Assembly: GCF_006345805.1 (NCBI RefSeq)
Contig: NC_043013.1
Location: 558,001 to 622,000 of the forward strand
DNA: 64,000 nt
Direction of reading: 5' to 3'
Source of the DNA: Octopus sinensis
Lineage: Eukaryota
Positions 36,946 through 50,448 of the stretch are shown in pieces. Within the stretch, counting starts at the first letter, position 1. The number at the start of each line of letters is the position of its first letter. The translations under genes and the position numbers were made by a program. The notes beneath the pieces are model-generated. The model saw only the letters and a program-made list of their open reading frames with translations, made no database searches and was not told the DNA's origin.

Positions 36946-38489
36946 CAACTACGATTTCCATTTGATATTGATGTACTTGACTCAATAGGCCTCCTCAAAG
37001 CAGGGTTTCTACTTCCAATAGCAGACTCTTTAATAAAAGAATATATTGTGAAATGTGTTTTTGCTTTGAAAGTCGAGGAATGGCAGAATTCTTGAGCAAC
37101 AGTTTAAAAAAAAAAACAAAAAAAAAAAGAAAAACCTTGTCATATTTGCTCTATTCCTTTGCAGCCTGTTGAAGTCCCAAGGTTGCATTCAGGCTTTCAA
37201 TCCTTCAAGGATGATTACCATAAATACCTGTCAAATAGTCAGGTTGATTAAATCACCTGGTGTCTTGTGTCTTCAGCAGAAATATTTGTTTAAAGTAGTT
37301 TTATGTGACTTTTCCACTGCACCAGGGAATGGAGTTTCTGAAGGGCTGATAAAATGTTCATGGCATGCACTCTAATTAATGATTGTTCATCTGCCAATGT
37401 GAGAAATAGAATTATCGGTTTTAAAAAGGACTTAAATTGGTGGAAGCATTAAGGCATCAGAAAAAATGTCTTGCAGTATTCATTCTGGCTTTTTACATTC
37501 TGATTTCAAATCCTGTCTAGGGTCAATAAAATACTGTACCTATCAAATTAACTCTCAAGACTTGGGGCTACAGTAGAAGTCCCACCCAAAAGGCCATACT
37601 GTGGGACTGAACCTGAAACCACATGGTTGCATAGAGTTTCATGACCACACAGCCATGCTTGTGTCAATAAAGAAAATTTTAAAAAATGTCAGCAGATTCT
37701 GTTATTAAAGAAAATACATTTGTGAAAACAAACAAAATGAGAATTAAGGTAACAGCAATGGGAGTCTGTGGTCTGGATTTGATTTTGGGTTTAAGACATT
37801 TCCTCCCTTAGCATCATGGAATGTCATGAACAAAAGCTTGAAAATTTCAGCGTCCCTTTCCTTAACTTTACAAATCTGATATCTTCAAAAGAGATTTCTT
37901 CCATTCTAGAATCACTTATTTTTGTCTATTTAATTGTATTAATTCTGGTTGAGTTTATTTTCTCAATTGGAGATTATTTATTTACTGCAGTTATTTGATT
38001 TGGCCAGTTTTTTGCTAAAAATATCTTTGAAATCATAGAAGCCTATCATTGCCATTCTGTCTATTTACTGTTGTTTATTGTACAGAGTGGCATTATTGAA
38101 TGGCAAATGTCCAAACCAATGCTATGTGATAAAAAGCATATCAGGAATTGCACACAAACACACCAATCATACATATAATATGTATGATGTGTGTATAATC
38201 ATGAAGGAAAAAAAAAGTTATATATGTTGTTGAACTTCTGCCATGTTATTCTGAAAATGTTTTTCATGATTGTTTGTTGTTTATTGCTGGCAGCCTGGAG
38301 ATTAAAGGGTTAGGGAAGACTGGGAACTGGAGAGAGAAAATAAAATTGACATTTGATTAACTTAAAATAATATACGGTTGACCTGTCTTATATTTTTTTT
38401 AATTACATTTTCACAATCATTCTCATAAATGGATTTATGATAAGAAAATTACATTAATGTGGCAAATGCTCTTCTGTTCTTCATATGCA

Positions 38490-38760
38490 AGCATAAACAT
38501 TCTTTCTAAATGTTCCATGCTTGCATGCATCAAATGGAATTTGTTGAGGCAGATTTTCTGTCTGGATGCTTTATGGCCAGACATGCTTTCACAGGATATT
38601 GGAAATGAAATACAATGCTTGTATAACAGTGAGGCTCATTTACAACTACTATGTCATGTCAAGAACACACGCACACACATAAACAACAGGCTTCTCTTAG
38701 TGTCTGTCTACCAAATCAACTCCCAAGGCTTTGGTTGGCCCAGGGCCTTAGTAGCATAAT
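38490..38760 (-). mobile_element. Family B head joined to an A2 body
   Basis: B-type gtctgtctaccaaatc..aaggctttggttggccc, then a (CA) hinge, then the A2 body. Confidence 0.65.
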
Positions 38761-38841
38761 CTTTGTACTACGGGTGACTTCACAAAACCCTATTGTAAGT
38801 GTACAGGGTTCAATACTTTTAATTGTGCTGGTAATACTTAA

Positions 38842-38992
38842 AAGGCACCCATTACACTCTCAGAATGGTTGGTGTTAGGAAGGGCATCCAGCTGTAGAAA
38901 CCAAGCCAAATCAAACTGGAACCAGTTCCAGTCAAACTGTCTAACCCATGCCGGCATGGAAAGCAGACACTAAATGACGAATGATGATGATA
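38842..38992 (+). mobile_element. Family A core
   Basis: aaaaggcacccattacactctc..ggaagggcatccagctgtagaaacc..catggaaagcagacactaaatg. Confidence 0.8.
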
Positions 38993-39429
38993 TCTCTATG
39001 AGTGCCTGAAAGATGTTCCTTTTAATGTTATTAAATTTGCTTCTGTTGATGGATTTATTTGGTTCACACCAGGCATGAGCGACCTTGTTTTTTAAGAAGC
39101 AGGTCACACTAAAAGAGCTACGCTATTCAGAAGGTCCTGTGGGTTATACCTTTGACTCATAAAAATTCTTCATATTCTCTGTGAACAAGAGTTGGGAATT
39201 TCTGGATCAGAATTATGAGAATTTAGTTTGTTGTCATTCAGACTCAGGTCAAATCTGAGTTAGCAAATTCAGCTGTGTTCATACTGTCCTTAGGATATCT
39301 AGGAGTACATTATTTAATGTTCTTCCCTTCATTCTTAATACAGCAAAAATAGCAGCCAAATCCCACTCCTCTCACAAAGTCAAGTGACTGTGCGGAGGTT
39401 CTCTCATTAGATTTTGATTTTTTTTTTTA

Positions 39430-39680
39430 AATGTAGGAATTTGGGCAGAAATGACCCGAAAGAACCAGTCTGTGATGAAATGAAAATATTAACATAAGTA
39501 CAAGGCCTAAAATTTTGACCAGATGATAATTGGTACTATTGACCTCAGTATTAAACTGGTGCTTTATTTTATTGACCTTGGAGGGATGAAAGGCCAGATT
39601 TACTTTCCTTAGATTTGAACTCAAAGCATAGAGAGCCAGAACAATGACTGCAAAGCATTTTGTCCACTGAATCTAATAAT
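39430..39680 (-). mobile_element. Family D SINE (old)
   Basis: ggatgaaaggccagatt..agatttgaactcaaagc. Confidence 0.65.
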
Positions 39681-41087
39681 TTTCTCAGTCGTTAATATTA
39701 AACTTTAAAACCATTCTTACTGGCTGGGTTTTATTGAATAAATTCTTACTCATTTAAAAAATTTTATTTTTACTCTGCAGTTTTTGATGATTAGAGCCCC
39801 CCCCCCCTAACGTGTGATTACCATTGTCTCATCCCAAATACTCTCTGTTTTGAATTCATTTATCCTTTCTGATTAAACCTTTTAAAATGTCTTTCGATTC
39901 TAACCTTTCGGACGTGTTTTCTTATGTCTGTCTCTGATATCCTTTAATATGCTAATATATGCACAGACTCTTTAATGTAAAGCATTTTGCACTGTCCATC
40001 GATTGGATAGTTTTTTTTTCTCTCTCTTACAAGAAATCTGTAAAGTTTAGATGTTCAAATGTCTGTAGATTCTTAGTTTCTTTTTAGTCAGACACTTCTG
40101 TGGTATAATTTTTGCTTTTGGCTTAGAATTAGAATCCTGAACATTTTATGGATTCAAAGAATGGTTGATTTTGTTCTCAGTGATAAAATGTTGAGTATAG
40201 AAGGTGGGAAAACAAGGATGACCAATTTGGTCCTCTCCTTTAATTTTAGTTGGAAGTGGGATTGGCACTGTCCCCTGAACAATTCTGTTTTTCAACACAT
40301 GATTATAAGCTTGTACACTGACTTAGTGATTATCCTATCCTTGGCAAGTCTGGTGATGTCTAAAACCTGCCTTGAGGGGTTTCCTGTTTTTGCTAGAGTA
40401 ATTAAAATACTGTACATAATAAACTAATTGCTTTTCCCCCAGAGTGCATAATTATTAATTGCTAACATTTTGATATTCCCAGCTTTAAATTAGTTCTAAC
40501 TTAACAGCTTTCAGGATTCATCGAAATGATTCTTTCTTTCTAAATTTGCTTATACTTTCTTGTCTTTTTCTATTTCTGTTCCATCACAGTCATGCTGTTT
40601 GCTAGGAGAGTAGAGTAGGGTAGGCTTTGCACAAATTTACTACAGGCTGTTTAGTATCTATCTCAGAGGAGCCAGTTTGTATATTTTTGCTCCCTTCACT
40701 AGATTATTACCATTGTTGTAGTAATATTGAAGAGAGAACTATAATGCATGAACCCCTTAATACTATAGTTTCTGGCATACAAGTCAACATAGTGAATATA
40801 ATAAAAACATTTAGTAAAAAAAGATAAACATCATTATTTCTCTTTACAAATCCAGTTGTACTTCACATGGAAGTTTTGGTCCTCCAAAGTTGTCTTGATT
40901 TATAAGTCAACTTCCCTTTTTTTCTGTAAATTTTAATCTGAAAAAGTCTTCTTGCATACTGGAAAATATGGTCCATTTGTATTGTCTCTGAAGTGGAATC
41001 CTTATTTCAGGTCATCTCAAGACTATTAGTATGGAGAAAGTAATAACTTTAATTAGTATGAATAAAATAACAACTTTGTCATTACTA

Positions 41088-41217
41088 TTTGCCAAAATAT
41101 TTTCGCCGCTTTGAGACCACGACCTGTCTGTGCTGCATCATGGAATTCCGTGATGCAGCACGGAATTTTGTCAGGGAACAGGTTGCGGTCTCAAAGCGAT
41201 GAAAGTATTTTGGCAAA
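41088..41217. repeat. 130-bp nested palindrome, probably the centre of a MITE extending to ~41370
   Basis: 40-bp outer arms (41088-41127 / 41178-41217, 35/40) around a 36-bp palindrome centred on GAATTC. Confidence 0.85.
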
Positions 41218-42929
41218 TTAAATCTAAATGTTGAAGTAAATTTAACGGTTTTTGTGTGTTTTTAAATGGCTTATAAACACCTTCCACACTGCAATTATTT
41301 TTGTTTCAGTACACGCTCTCAGATCAGGTCACTTGCTATGCAAGTACATCTCTGTAATTTGTCATGACTGTTTTTAAATAATGAATTAATGTTAGTTTTT
41401 TTTTTTCTTTTGTTTCCAGTTTACCATAGATTCTAGATATTTGTGTAAATGTTTAGAAAATTGTGTTTTTATTCTCTAAGACCTAAATGTTGTTTGCTGG
41501 AAGTAAAATTAAGGTATTATTTCCCAGAATATTCTAACACACACAAATTCAGACTTCAGCTGGCTTTTGGTGCTACATTTACTCTTTTTATTTACTTGTC
41601 AATTACATTGTTGCATAATCTGAAAAGAATGCATTAAATGACTTCTTCCCTTGATCAAATCTTTCCATGTTTCATAATGGTGATAGGGGACAGTAGGGGC
41701 AGTAATTATTGATACTAAATAAATATTTACTCTGTTGCTGGTCTTCTTTGTCAACTTCCCTATTTCCTTTTAAAAACATTCTGATCTCACAAAAATATTA
41801 AAGGAATGTTTATTTTACTAAATAGTTTCCTTTTGATGTAGTGGACCTGTCTCTGCCGCCTACCCCCCTCTATTATCCAGCTGTCATACACCTGACAGGT
41901 CTTTGCTTTCTTATTTGTAAACATTTCTTTCTTCTTTTTCCTGGGTCATGTGAAATAGTTCAGTGTGGAGCTGATGCAGTGTTCTTTGTCAAGCTTAATG
42001 AATTTTCTCTTAATTTCCTTGCTTGGATAAGGTTTATTTGCCCCATTATCACTGTATGCACACAGCTTATTGATGTTGGCCCTTACAATGACATGTTTAG
42101 GGTCCTGTCATTGTGTTCTTATATCCTTTTGTTGTAAATGAATGATTTTTTTTTTTGTAACTATGTCGAGGTGAAGAAAGCTGGGTAGGTCAAGTATTGA
42201 ACAACTAATTCATAGATCACAAGTTCCAACCATTCGCAGGCGTTTTATTCTCTGGACTAATTCCTGAATTGTCCATTCTTTGGTTAACTTAGATACTAAG
42301 AATAAATATCTGATTTGTAAAGAATTGGTGTCTTCTATAAAGGTATATTTCTTCTTAAAATCATAAAATGGAACCATTTTGTCTACGGATCTTGAAATTC
42401 TTTTGAGACTTTTTCTTAACTTTGGCAGTTATCAGACATTCACTACAAGAAGACTGTCCTAAATGTAGAATTTAATATATTCTTTTAGAAGATATTAATT
42501 ATTTATTTGCAAAATAATTTTTTATATATTCTCTTCCTTAAATTAACATTTTTTTCATCTTCTAAAATAACCAATCATAAAATCACATTTGTTTCCACTG
42601 TTGGTTATTTAAAATTAAAACATTAGCTTCATTTATTTACTTCAAACTAAAATCCAAAAAAAGAAGAGTATAGATACATTTCTTTTAAATTGAATCCTTG
42701 TAAAATTAAGATTCCTCAGATGAAATTCAGCCAAGCAACTGCAATAAAAAATAAGCTAAAAACAAATTTGTTCTCTTCTGGAAATCAATATTTTTTAAGA
42801 GCAGTTGAGAGGAACATCACTGTGGAATGTGGAACCACGTTTTATTCTGTTGTTTGGTGTTCTTATCCTTTCAGGTTCAAATCCAAAAGTAGATGGAGCA
42901 GGTCAATAAATTCCAATAACAACACATTC

Positions 42930-43150
42930 TTTTCTTCTCTAGGCCCAAAGCCTGAAATTTTGCGGGAGGGGGCCAGTCAATTAGAGCAATCCCAGTATGC
43001 AACTGGTACTGAATTTATTCCCCCCCCCCCCCCCAGGATGAAAGGCAAAGTCAACCTCAGTGGAATTTGAACTCAGAATGTAAAGACAGATGAAATACTG
43101 CTAAACATTTCGCCCAGCATTTTAACGTTTCTGCCAGGTTGCCGCCTTCC
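42930..43150 (-). mobile_element. Family D SINE
   Basis: ggatgaaaggcaaagtcaacctcagtggaatttgaactcagaatg. A further copy lies at 44490-44695 (-). Confidence 0.85.
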
Positions 43151-43312
43151 AATTGCCCCATATTGGGGTTGTCAGGTCAACATGATTGTCAATGCAATCA
43201 GAAGTATGAACGAAAATTGATGTCTTCCTGGAAGCTTGCTTATTGCTCTACAAACACTTACTAAAACAATGTTATTTAACCCTAGGTTAGCTTTCATCAA
43301 GCACATTGATAA

Positions 43313-44260
43313 CACTGTTCAACACGGTTTCCATTGCTAAAGCTATTGAAGTGATTTTTAGGTTATGTTTCGGCTACTGAATCTAAAAATGGGATCAGTT
43401 TTGCTAGATTGTTCTGGTTTATGACATAATTGAAGACCCCTTATTTGAGAATTTTGCTATACTTAGTCTTCTGAGCCCCTATAATTTTTATGATATATAG
43501 TAGTTGTTGAGTTGATTTTTAGATATTTGGTCATTTAATTTCATATTAAATACTGAAATTCACCTCCTTTTAGGTCAATGCAAAAAGATCCCCTAGGATA
43601 GCAGTTTCTGTGAGACAATTTTGATATTTTCAGATTCTCCTTTAAGTTTCATGGAACAAGCAATTGGTATAACTGCATCAGGATTTCCTTTATGTTAGAA
43701 AACACATTTTGGTGGTTGATATTCTGGCCGTCCCATTTGTAGAAGTTCAGGGATATTATTGCTGAAGACGAGCTCTTCATCAGAAAGAAGAGCCTCGTCT
43801 CTCTTTTGATAGGATGTTGTTTTCACTTCTGGTTGTTGGAGACCTTTTCTTGTAGTTTGGATGCTAAAGATTCAGCTGACAGCTTTGGAGAACTACTTTG
43901 GTGCCAGAAGCCTTATTTCATATTCAGTTTCACTACTACTGTTTGTGGTAGACACCAAGCTGTGAATTTCTTCAACAGCTGACAAAATAATGTTAGAAAG
44001 AAAGGTCAACAGCTGTAGGGTGTGCTGTGTGGTACACATTGTATTGCAGATTCCAAATCAAGACAGTTCCATGTTTGTCTTTGTAGTGTTGGAAGCCTTT
44101 CACATCAATGACACAAACCCAACAGCCACTGTTCTAGTTTTTCAGTTCTTGCCACACCATAGACATTCTCAAGTTCAATTTCTTTTTCTGTTCTTTTGTC
44201 CATTGCTGAAGGAAATCTAGAATGATTTTCATACCTTATAGAATGCCCATAACTTATGTT
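43313..44260 (-). mobile_element. Internally deleted DNA transposon with a decayed transposase, Chapaev3(CMC)-like
   Basis: Minus strand reads LQQWTKEQKKKLNLRMSMVWQELKN*NSGCWVCVIDVKGF..YK / WNCLDLESAIQCVPHS, matching the PMVWREP.NH..DCYFC...KGF.....YP.L.SA..PVPH motif. The superfamily name is from memory. Confidence 0.6.
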
Positions 44261-45200
44261 GATTTCCAAGCTTTATTCTGGAATAAAATATACTTGTTTT
44301 ACAAAGTCTGTGATATTTTTTCTATGATTTTCTATAATTTATTTGCCACAGATGATGATGTAAAATACTTTTCGATTGTTCAAAGAAGCTCTTCATGATA
44401 AACTCATTTACTTCTTTATCTCCCCCAAAATAATAAAATCATTGCTTAAACTCCAAGTGACAATTTTAAAGTTAGGCCTTCTATTGGCAGAAGGCCTGAA
44501 ATTTGGTGGGGAACGGTTAGTCGATTACATTGCCCCCCCACCTCCATTGCACAACTGGTACTTATTTCATTGATGCTGACTGGATGAAAGGCCAAGCCAA
44601 CCTCAATGGGATTTGAAATCAGAATGTAGTGAAGAGTGAAATGCCGCTAAGCATGTCGTCTAGCATGCTAATGGTTCTGCCAGATTGTTGCTTTAATAAA
44701 AATTGAATAAAAATTTAGAAATTTAAAATATGTTGATAAAAACCCTGGTAAAAAATTGTTAAAATGCAATGATTCCCCTACCTAGGGTCCCCTTAGCTAA
44801 TTGACTAAGTTGCCAAGTGTCAAAGTATTAAGGCCTCTGACTTAACTTCAATCCTAACTCACTTGTAGTCAGATTCTGAAAACTCTTGGTATTTCATCCT
44901 AAGGCAACATCATCATTTGAGGGGAATCCATTATTCAAAAACCAGTGACTCATTCATTCAGTGCCCCCAGAATTCATTTGAATATTGTTTGCAACTAAAA
45001 TAAAAAAATAAAAAAATTGTAAACCAGAGTAATCAAAAACATTGCATCTTTGACCATTCAGTCCCTTTTTTTTTTCTTTGGTCTTCTCTTTTTTAAGAGT
45101 CTAGGATGTGATGGAGATTTGGCTGCTATTTCTAGCTTGTCAAGTGGCTCTATAAAAGGCATCCTTATTGGCAAAACACATGCACATACTCATGCACACT

Positions 45201-45334
45201 GACTGGTTGCCTGTAGGAGGCAACGATTTTGTTGCCTTGAATTTTGACTGGTTGCCTGTAGGAGGCAACGATTTTGTTGCCTTGAATTTTGACTGGTTGC
45301 CTGTAGGAGGCAACGATTTTGTTGCCTTGAATTT
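45201..45334. repeat. Three perfect copies of a 45-bp unit
   Basis: gactggttgcctgtaggaggcaacgattttgttgccttgaatttt at 45201, 45246 and 45291 (the last is 44 bp). Confidence 0.97.
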
Positions 45335-46013
45335 GAACATTTACCCACTTCATCACAATCGGTTTTACTTGCACATCAATAATTTATTTTAATGATTCAA
45401 TGTTTATTGTAGCACCACTAAATTAACTGGAATCTTCTAAATTGTCTGAGCTTCTCTATAAATATTTCAGGCTTTTATAATCCATTTACTCTGAGTTCCT
45501 GTAATCTGTTTAGCATAAAGATCCTGCCACTTGCTGCTTGGAATTCTTGTTCGGTGGAGAGAGAGCTCTGTCTGTTTGTCTCTCAAAGTTGTGATGTAGA
45601 AAACTTGTAGAAAACTCTAAAAATGAGTAAGCTTTTGAGATAACCTAAAATTCATCACGTTATCACACCCTTTGTCCTCACAAAACTATTAATCATCACT
45701 CGTGACCCAGATTGTTTTGATTGTCTAAATTGATCTAATTAACATAATCATGTTCACCATAATAATTTCTGGGTGAGGAGCCTAACCTAAAATTAGTTTA
45801 GGCTTGTGTCTGATAAATCTTCTCTCAAAACTCTGGAATTTAACATTAAAATTACTCACTTCCTCATCTTCTTATCAGATATATTTATAATTACATCTAT
45901 ATTGTGCAAGAACACCTTGGGAGTAATTTTCATTAGATGTGGATATGAGTGTTTGATTCTGAACTATAAACCCTAGAATGATATGCAGGTGAAAATAATT
46001 AACGCTTTAAATG

Positions 46014-46048
<35 letters not shown>

Positions 46049-46179
46049 AAAAGGGAAAATATTTATCTCTGCTGTAAATATAATGAAAAAATACTATCCA
46101 TTAGTGATGAAAAAGATGTCAGAAAAACACTTGGTTCTTTATTGCTAGGAGCAAAATGATATTTACAATTTTGTATACC

Positions 46180-46610
46180 ATCATCGTCTTATCTTTTCCA
46201 TGCTTGCATGGTCTGATGGAGTCTGTCAAGGCAGATTTTTCTGTTGCCAAATGCATTCCTGTTGCCAATCTTCAGTAATGTTTCCCCATGGCCAGACATG
46301 TTCTCATGGAAGATTGGAATATGGACATCACTTGTCTAATCGTGATACATAGCTATCACATGATATCAAGATGAGGTCGGTCTATTTCTCTCACTCAGAG
46401 CTATATGGGTCTGTATGCATCATCATCCATGCTACATGTTAGGATGGGTTGGATAGGTTGTCATAGTTTGAGCTCCTTATTGGGAGCCTCTGCTCTCATA
46501 GACTGGTCTTGCTTGCTTGTGTTTAATTTTTGTTTTAGTTTCTATGCCTGGATGCTCTTCCTGTCCCCAACCACCTTACAGAGCATACTGGGTGCATTTC
46601 ATTGTATGTG
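46180..46610 (-). mobile_element. A2-type and family A remnants
   Basis: ttttccatgcttgcatgg; catccatgctacatgttaggatgggttgga..tggatgctcttcc. Confidence 0.6.
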
Positions 46611-46671
46611 TGGCTGTACTACATATAAAAGTATGTCTGTATATGTAGTAAATGTGTGTGTGTGTGTGTGT

Positions 46672-46975
46672 AGGCACATGGCTTAGTGGTTAGGGTCTTC
46701 TGGCTCGTGATTGTAAGGGTATGAGCTTGATTCACAGTGGCACATTGTGTCTTTGAGCAAGGCACTTTATTTCTCACATTGCTCCAGTCCCCTCAGCTGG
46801 CAAAAATGAAGGGTACCCCTATTTGAAAAGATCAGCTTTCTCCCATTCTGTGTCACATTGAATTTCCCTGAGAACCACATTAAGGGTATGCATGTCTGTG
46901 GAGTACTCAGCCACTTGCATGTTGATTTTATGAGGAAGCTGTTCCGTTTATTGGATCAGCTGGAACACATCATTG
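46672..46975 (+). mobile_element. Family G tRNA-headed SINE
   Basis: tggcttagtggttaggg..tgtgtctttgagcaaggcacttt..ctccagtcccctcagctggcaaaaatg. Confidence 0.75.
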
Positions 46976-46989
46976 TAATTAATAATGCT

Positions 46990-47210
46990 CGTTAGTTATA
47001 CATGTTAATGTGTGTGGGTGGGTATTTACATACACATACACACGTAACAGTAAGTATGTGTGTGGGTGGGTATGTGTTGTATATGTATGTGTGTGTGTGT
47101 AGGTGTATAAATGTGGGTTGGGTGTATATATGTGGGGGTGTATATTTGTGTGTGTGTGCATATACACACACATATCTGGCATGTGTGTGTATGAAGGTAT
47201 GTGTGTGCGC
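46990..47210. repeat. Complex (TG)-rich microsatellite
   Basis: Source of the spurious ORFs at 46979-47309. Confidence 0.9.
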
Positions 47211-48011
47211 CTTAAAACTTCCTCCTCACATTCAGTGTTAATAAAAGCTGTCCTTTGCTATTTGGTGCAGCCACCAAACAACTTAACCCTCTCATGGAGC
47301 TGTAGTTAAAACTTCCACATGTCTGTAGCTCCATGGATGCAGCCACATGATCAACCTCCTGGAACTAGGAGTTCCAAAATATTACTCTGGATCTGAATCA
47401 CCTAAAGTTGTGCACCATTTTGGATTGATGATGCTTTTGAATATTCTATTCCAGTTGAATAAAATCATCATTTTGTGTTCTCCTTGCACATTGTTAAGAG
47501 TTGCATGGATTACGACAGTCTGAGATGGTTCTTATTTGGAGTTATTACCTTCTTAACAATGTTGCAGACTACATCCTGGTCATATATTCCAGTTTTGGCA
47601 TGGTTTGTGAGGCTGGACTCATTTCCTAACGCAAACTGTTTTTTGTTGTTCTGAGAAGATTGGTGAGAAAAAAAATTCTCTACTTTGTTCCTGCTTTTTC
47701 AAAACAATTTGATGGAGAGAGAAGTGGGGGTAGCAGAGGAGATAGGAATGGCTGAGAGACGATGATAGGTAGCTACATGTTGGTTGTTGGTAAAGTGGAT
47801 GAATAGAAAGATGACATGAGTGAGATGAAGGGGAAAGAGATAGGATAGAGACTAGAGGAAGGAAGAGAGAATAATAGGAATGAGTAATGGAGGGAGTAAT
47901 GTGTTTGTGTATGAGAGAGAGGTGATGGATAGCAAGAGAAAGAGTAGGACAGATATCAGTGCAGTGTAAAGGAGAGAGAGAGAGTAATGATTTAAATTTA
48001 TGGCATTTTGT

Positions 48012-48390
48012 GAGCAGCTGTGTGGTAAGAAGCTTGTCTCAATCACATGGTTCCAGGTTCAGTCCCACTGCATGGCACCTTGGGCAAGTGTCTTCTACTG
48101 CAACCTCAGGCTGACCAAAGTCTTGTGAGTGGATATGGTAGACGGAAAGTGAAAAACCCCCATCACATATATATGTGTGTGTGTGTGTCTGTCTATCTGT
48201 GTTTGTCCCCCCCCCCACCATTACTTGACAACTGATGTTGGTGTGTTCACATCCCCATAACTTAGCAATTTGGCAAAAGAGACTGATAGGATAAGTACTA
48301 GGCTTACAAAGAATAAGTCCTGGGGTCAATTTAACAAATGCTCCAGCATGGCCGCAGTCAAATTAGTGAAACAAGTAAAAGAATAAAAAA
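48012..48390 (+). mobile_element. Uninterrupted family B/C tRNA-headed SINE
   Basis: Head with ggttcagtccc and CORE-like gcaccttgggcaagtgtctt, an internal (TA/TG)n hinge, the C module and an A-rich tail. Confidence 0.88.
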
Positions 48391-48712
48391 ATAGGTTTAA
48401 AATCCGGCAACAGATTAAAGGAAACTGGAGTAGATCAGCTTTTGGCAGTTGGAGAAAGCCAGTCCTGAAACTTGATTCAGGGCCACTGAATTCTACTTTA
48501 ACAGCTGAATATTTGCTTTAAAAAAAGGGATTCCAGATTAGCCTGCATGTAGCAGTCGGGTAGTACAAGGAAATATATTTGACTAGATTGCTAGTGTTTC
48601 ACCTTTCATTCTTGTTGACAATAATTCTTGATTGGCCGAGGGAAATTTACTGAAGCCATCAGTATTAGAACCTTATAGTCTTTAGTTGACTACTTTAGCT
48701 TACTCAATTCTT

Positions 48713-48912
48713 CATCATCATCATCATTGTTTAACGTCCTCTTTCCATGCTGGCATGGGTTGGATGGTTTGACTGAGGTCTGGAGAGCCAGAAGGCTGCA
48801 ACAGGCTCCAATCCAATCTGGCAATGTTTCTACAGTTGGATGCCCTTCCTAATGTCAACTACTTAGTGTAATGGGTGCTTTTTATGTGCCACCGGCACCA
48901 GGGCCAGTCAGG
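48713..48912 (-). mobile_element. Family A element
   Basis: (CAT)n tail and core. Confidence 0.85.
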
Positions 48913-50448
48913 TGAGAACTTTTTCAATGTAGAGGAGTTCTGTGAATGGCTGAGTAACCTTTTGATGCAACGGGTGTACAAGCAGGTGTTAGGACGAGAA
49001 TGTGTGTTGATTGGAGGTATAATTTTAATTATAGCACTGCTATTGTGATAACTGTGAGTGTCATCTTAATCACCATCATTTAACATTTTCCCATGCTGAG
49101 ACAGACAGACAGACAGGCAAATTTCAAATTAAGCTTAAGAAAATGTGTTGGGACAAGTTAAATAAAATTCAAATAAGGATAAGATCTTTTTAAGTATATT
49201 TTTCTTGATAAATTATGGAACAAAAAAATAAAATGCCATTGTAGAAATTGATATATATTAATGATTAATGTCTTTGAAACAAGGCCATAGATTTGTAGAC
49301 AAATGGTTATTGTTGAACAACTTCCAGTAAAATACTGGTTTTTATCAACCATAGAGAACAAACGGTAAAAATATATCACTAAATACCACAATGTACTCCA
49401 CCGTTTTTGCCTCTCCATCTTAATGATTTCTGCATTAATACAAGGCCAGAAACATTGGAGTTGGGGCTGGAGTCATTTAAATAGATATGCTTATATTCTT
49501 ATGCATCTATTTTTGCTTTAATTATCATAAATTGAATAATACTTAGTGTGTAGTTACATCCCTGTACACTCTGAGTTGGAAATCCCACCAGAGTTGACTT
49601 TCAAGTCCTAGAAATATCCTGCTGTGGAATCAATGGACATGTCTTTCCAGTAACTCTGTGACCCTGTACTATTGTTGGAAATTATCATAAAATATGGATT
49701 CATAAGATGGATTATTTTCTCTTAGCTATTGTCTTTCTGCTGCATTGTTATTGATCTATAATCAGAAAGCATAGCTTTGCCTAATATTTTATGAAACTTA
49801 AGAAGACAAGTAGTGAGTTTAGTATGGCTGAATTAGTGCAACACATGACATAAAAGTTGCAGTGAGGTTTTTTTTTCTTTTTTTCATTAATTTATCAGAT
49901 CCAAAGGTTTTGATTGAAGTAGGTGAAAGCATAAAGACTACAAACTGCTTAAATGGCAAACTGGAATTAGTAGTTAAGAATGAAATGGCATAATTTGTTG
50001 GTGCTGATGCTGGGAGGTTAAAGTTAGAGAGTTATTGGGTTTGAAGAATTTTAATTTCTGTTTGAAAATAAATGCTCCTATCTCAGCAAGATAAGCTGTA
50101 ATATGAAGTGTATCTGTGAGATATGTGATGTAGACCATTGGAAAATTCCAGTCTGTGAAATGTTAATTTTAAGAAAAGTTAGCTGCAAGCAATTTGAGAA
50201 AGGAATTGGGTTTGGAAAGCATCGGTTACTGTATATAGAGTTTCCAACTGTGTTCTTCTGGATAGATAATGTGTCTAGTTTGTATATATTGGACAAAGAA
50301 TAAAGAGCTAAGTTGTTGGAGGGTGTATGCAATGATTAGGCCAGACCTGAAAGCAAACTCAAAGAAATGGTGAAACAGGATTGAGACACATAGAAAGAAT
50401 TGGTCTTCTAAATGTGTCGAACCTATGGCAACATAAGAAAACAGATGT

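Noticed and set aside
37165-37242. In-frame 78-nt cassette exon candidate (PVEVPRLHSGFQSFKDDYHKYLSNSQ)
   Set aside because: Good acceptor but a poor donor (GTTGAT), and no Spire similarity.
43767-43799. 12-bp hairpin containing ctgatga on the minus strand
   Set aside because: The motif is inside the stem with no GAAA, it lies in a transposase relic, and it is probably chance.
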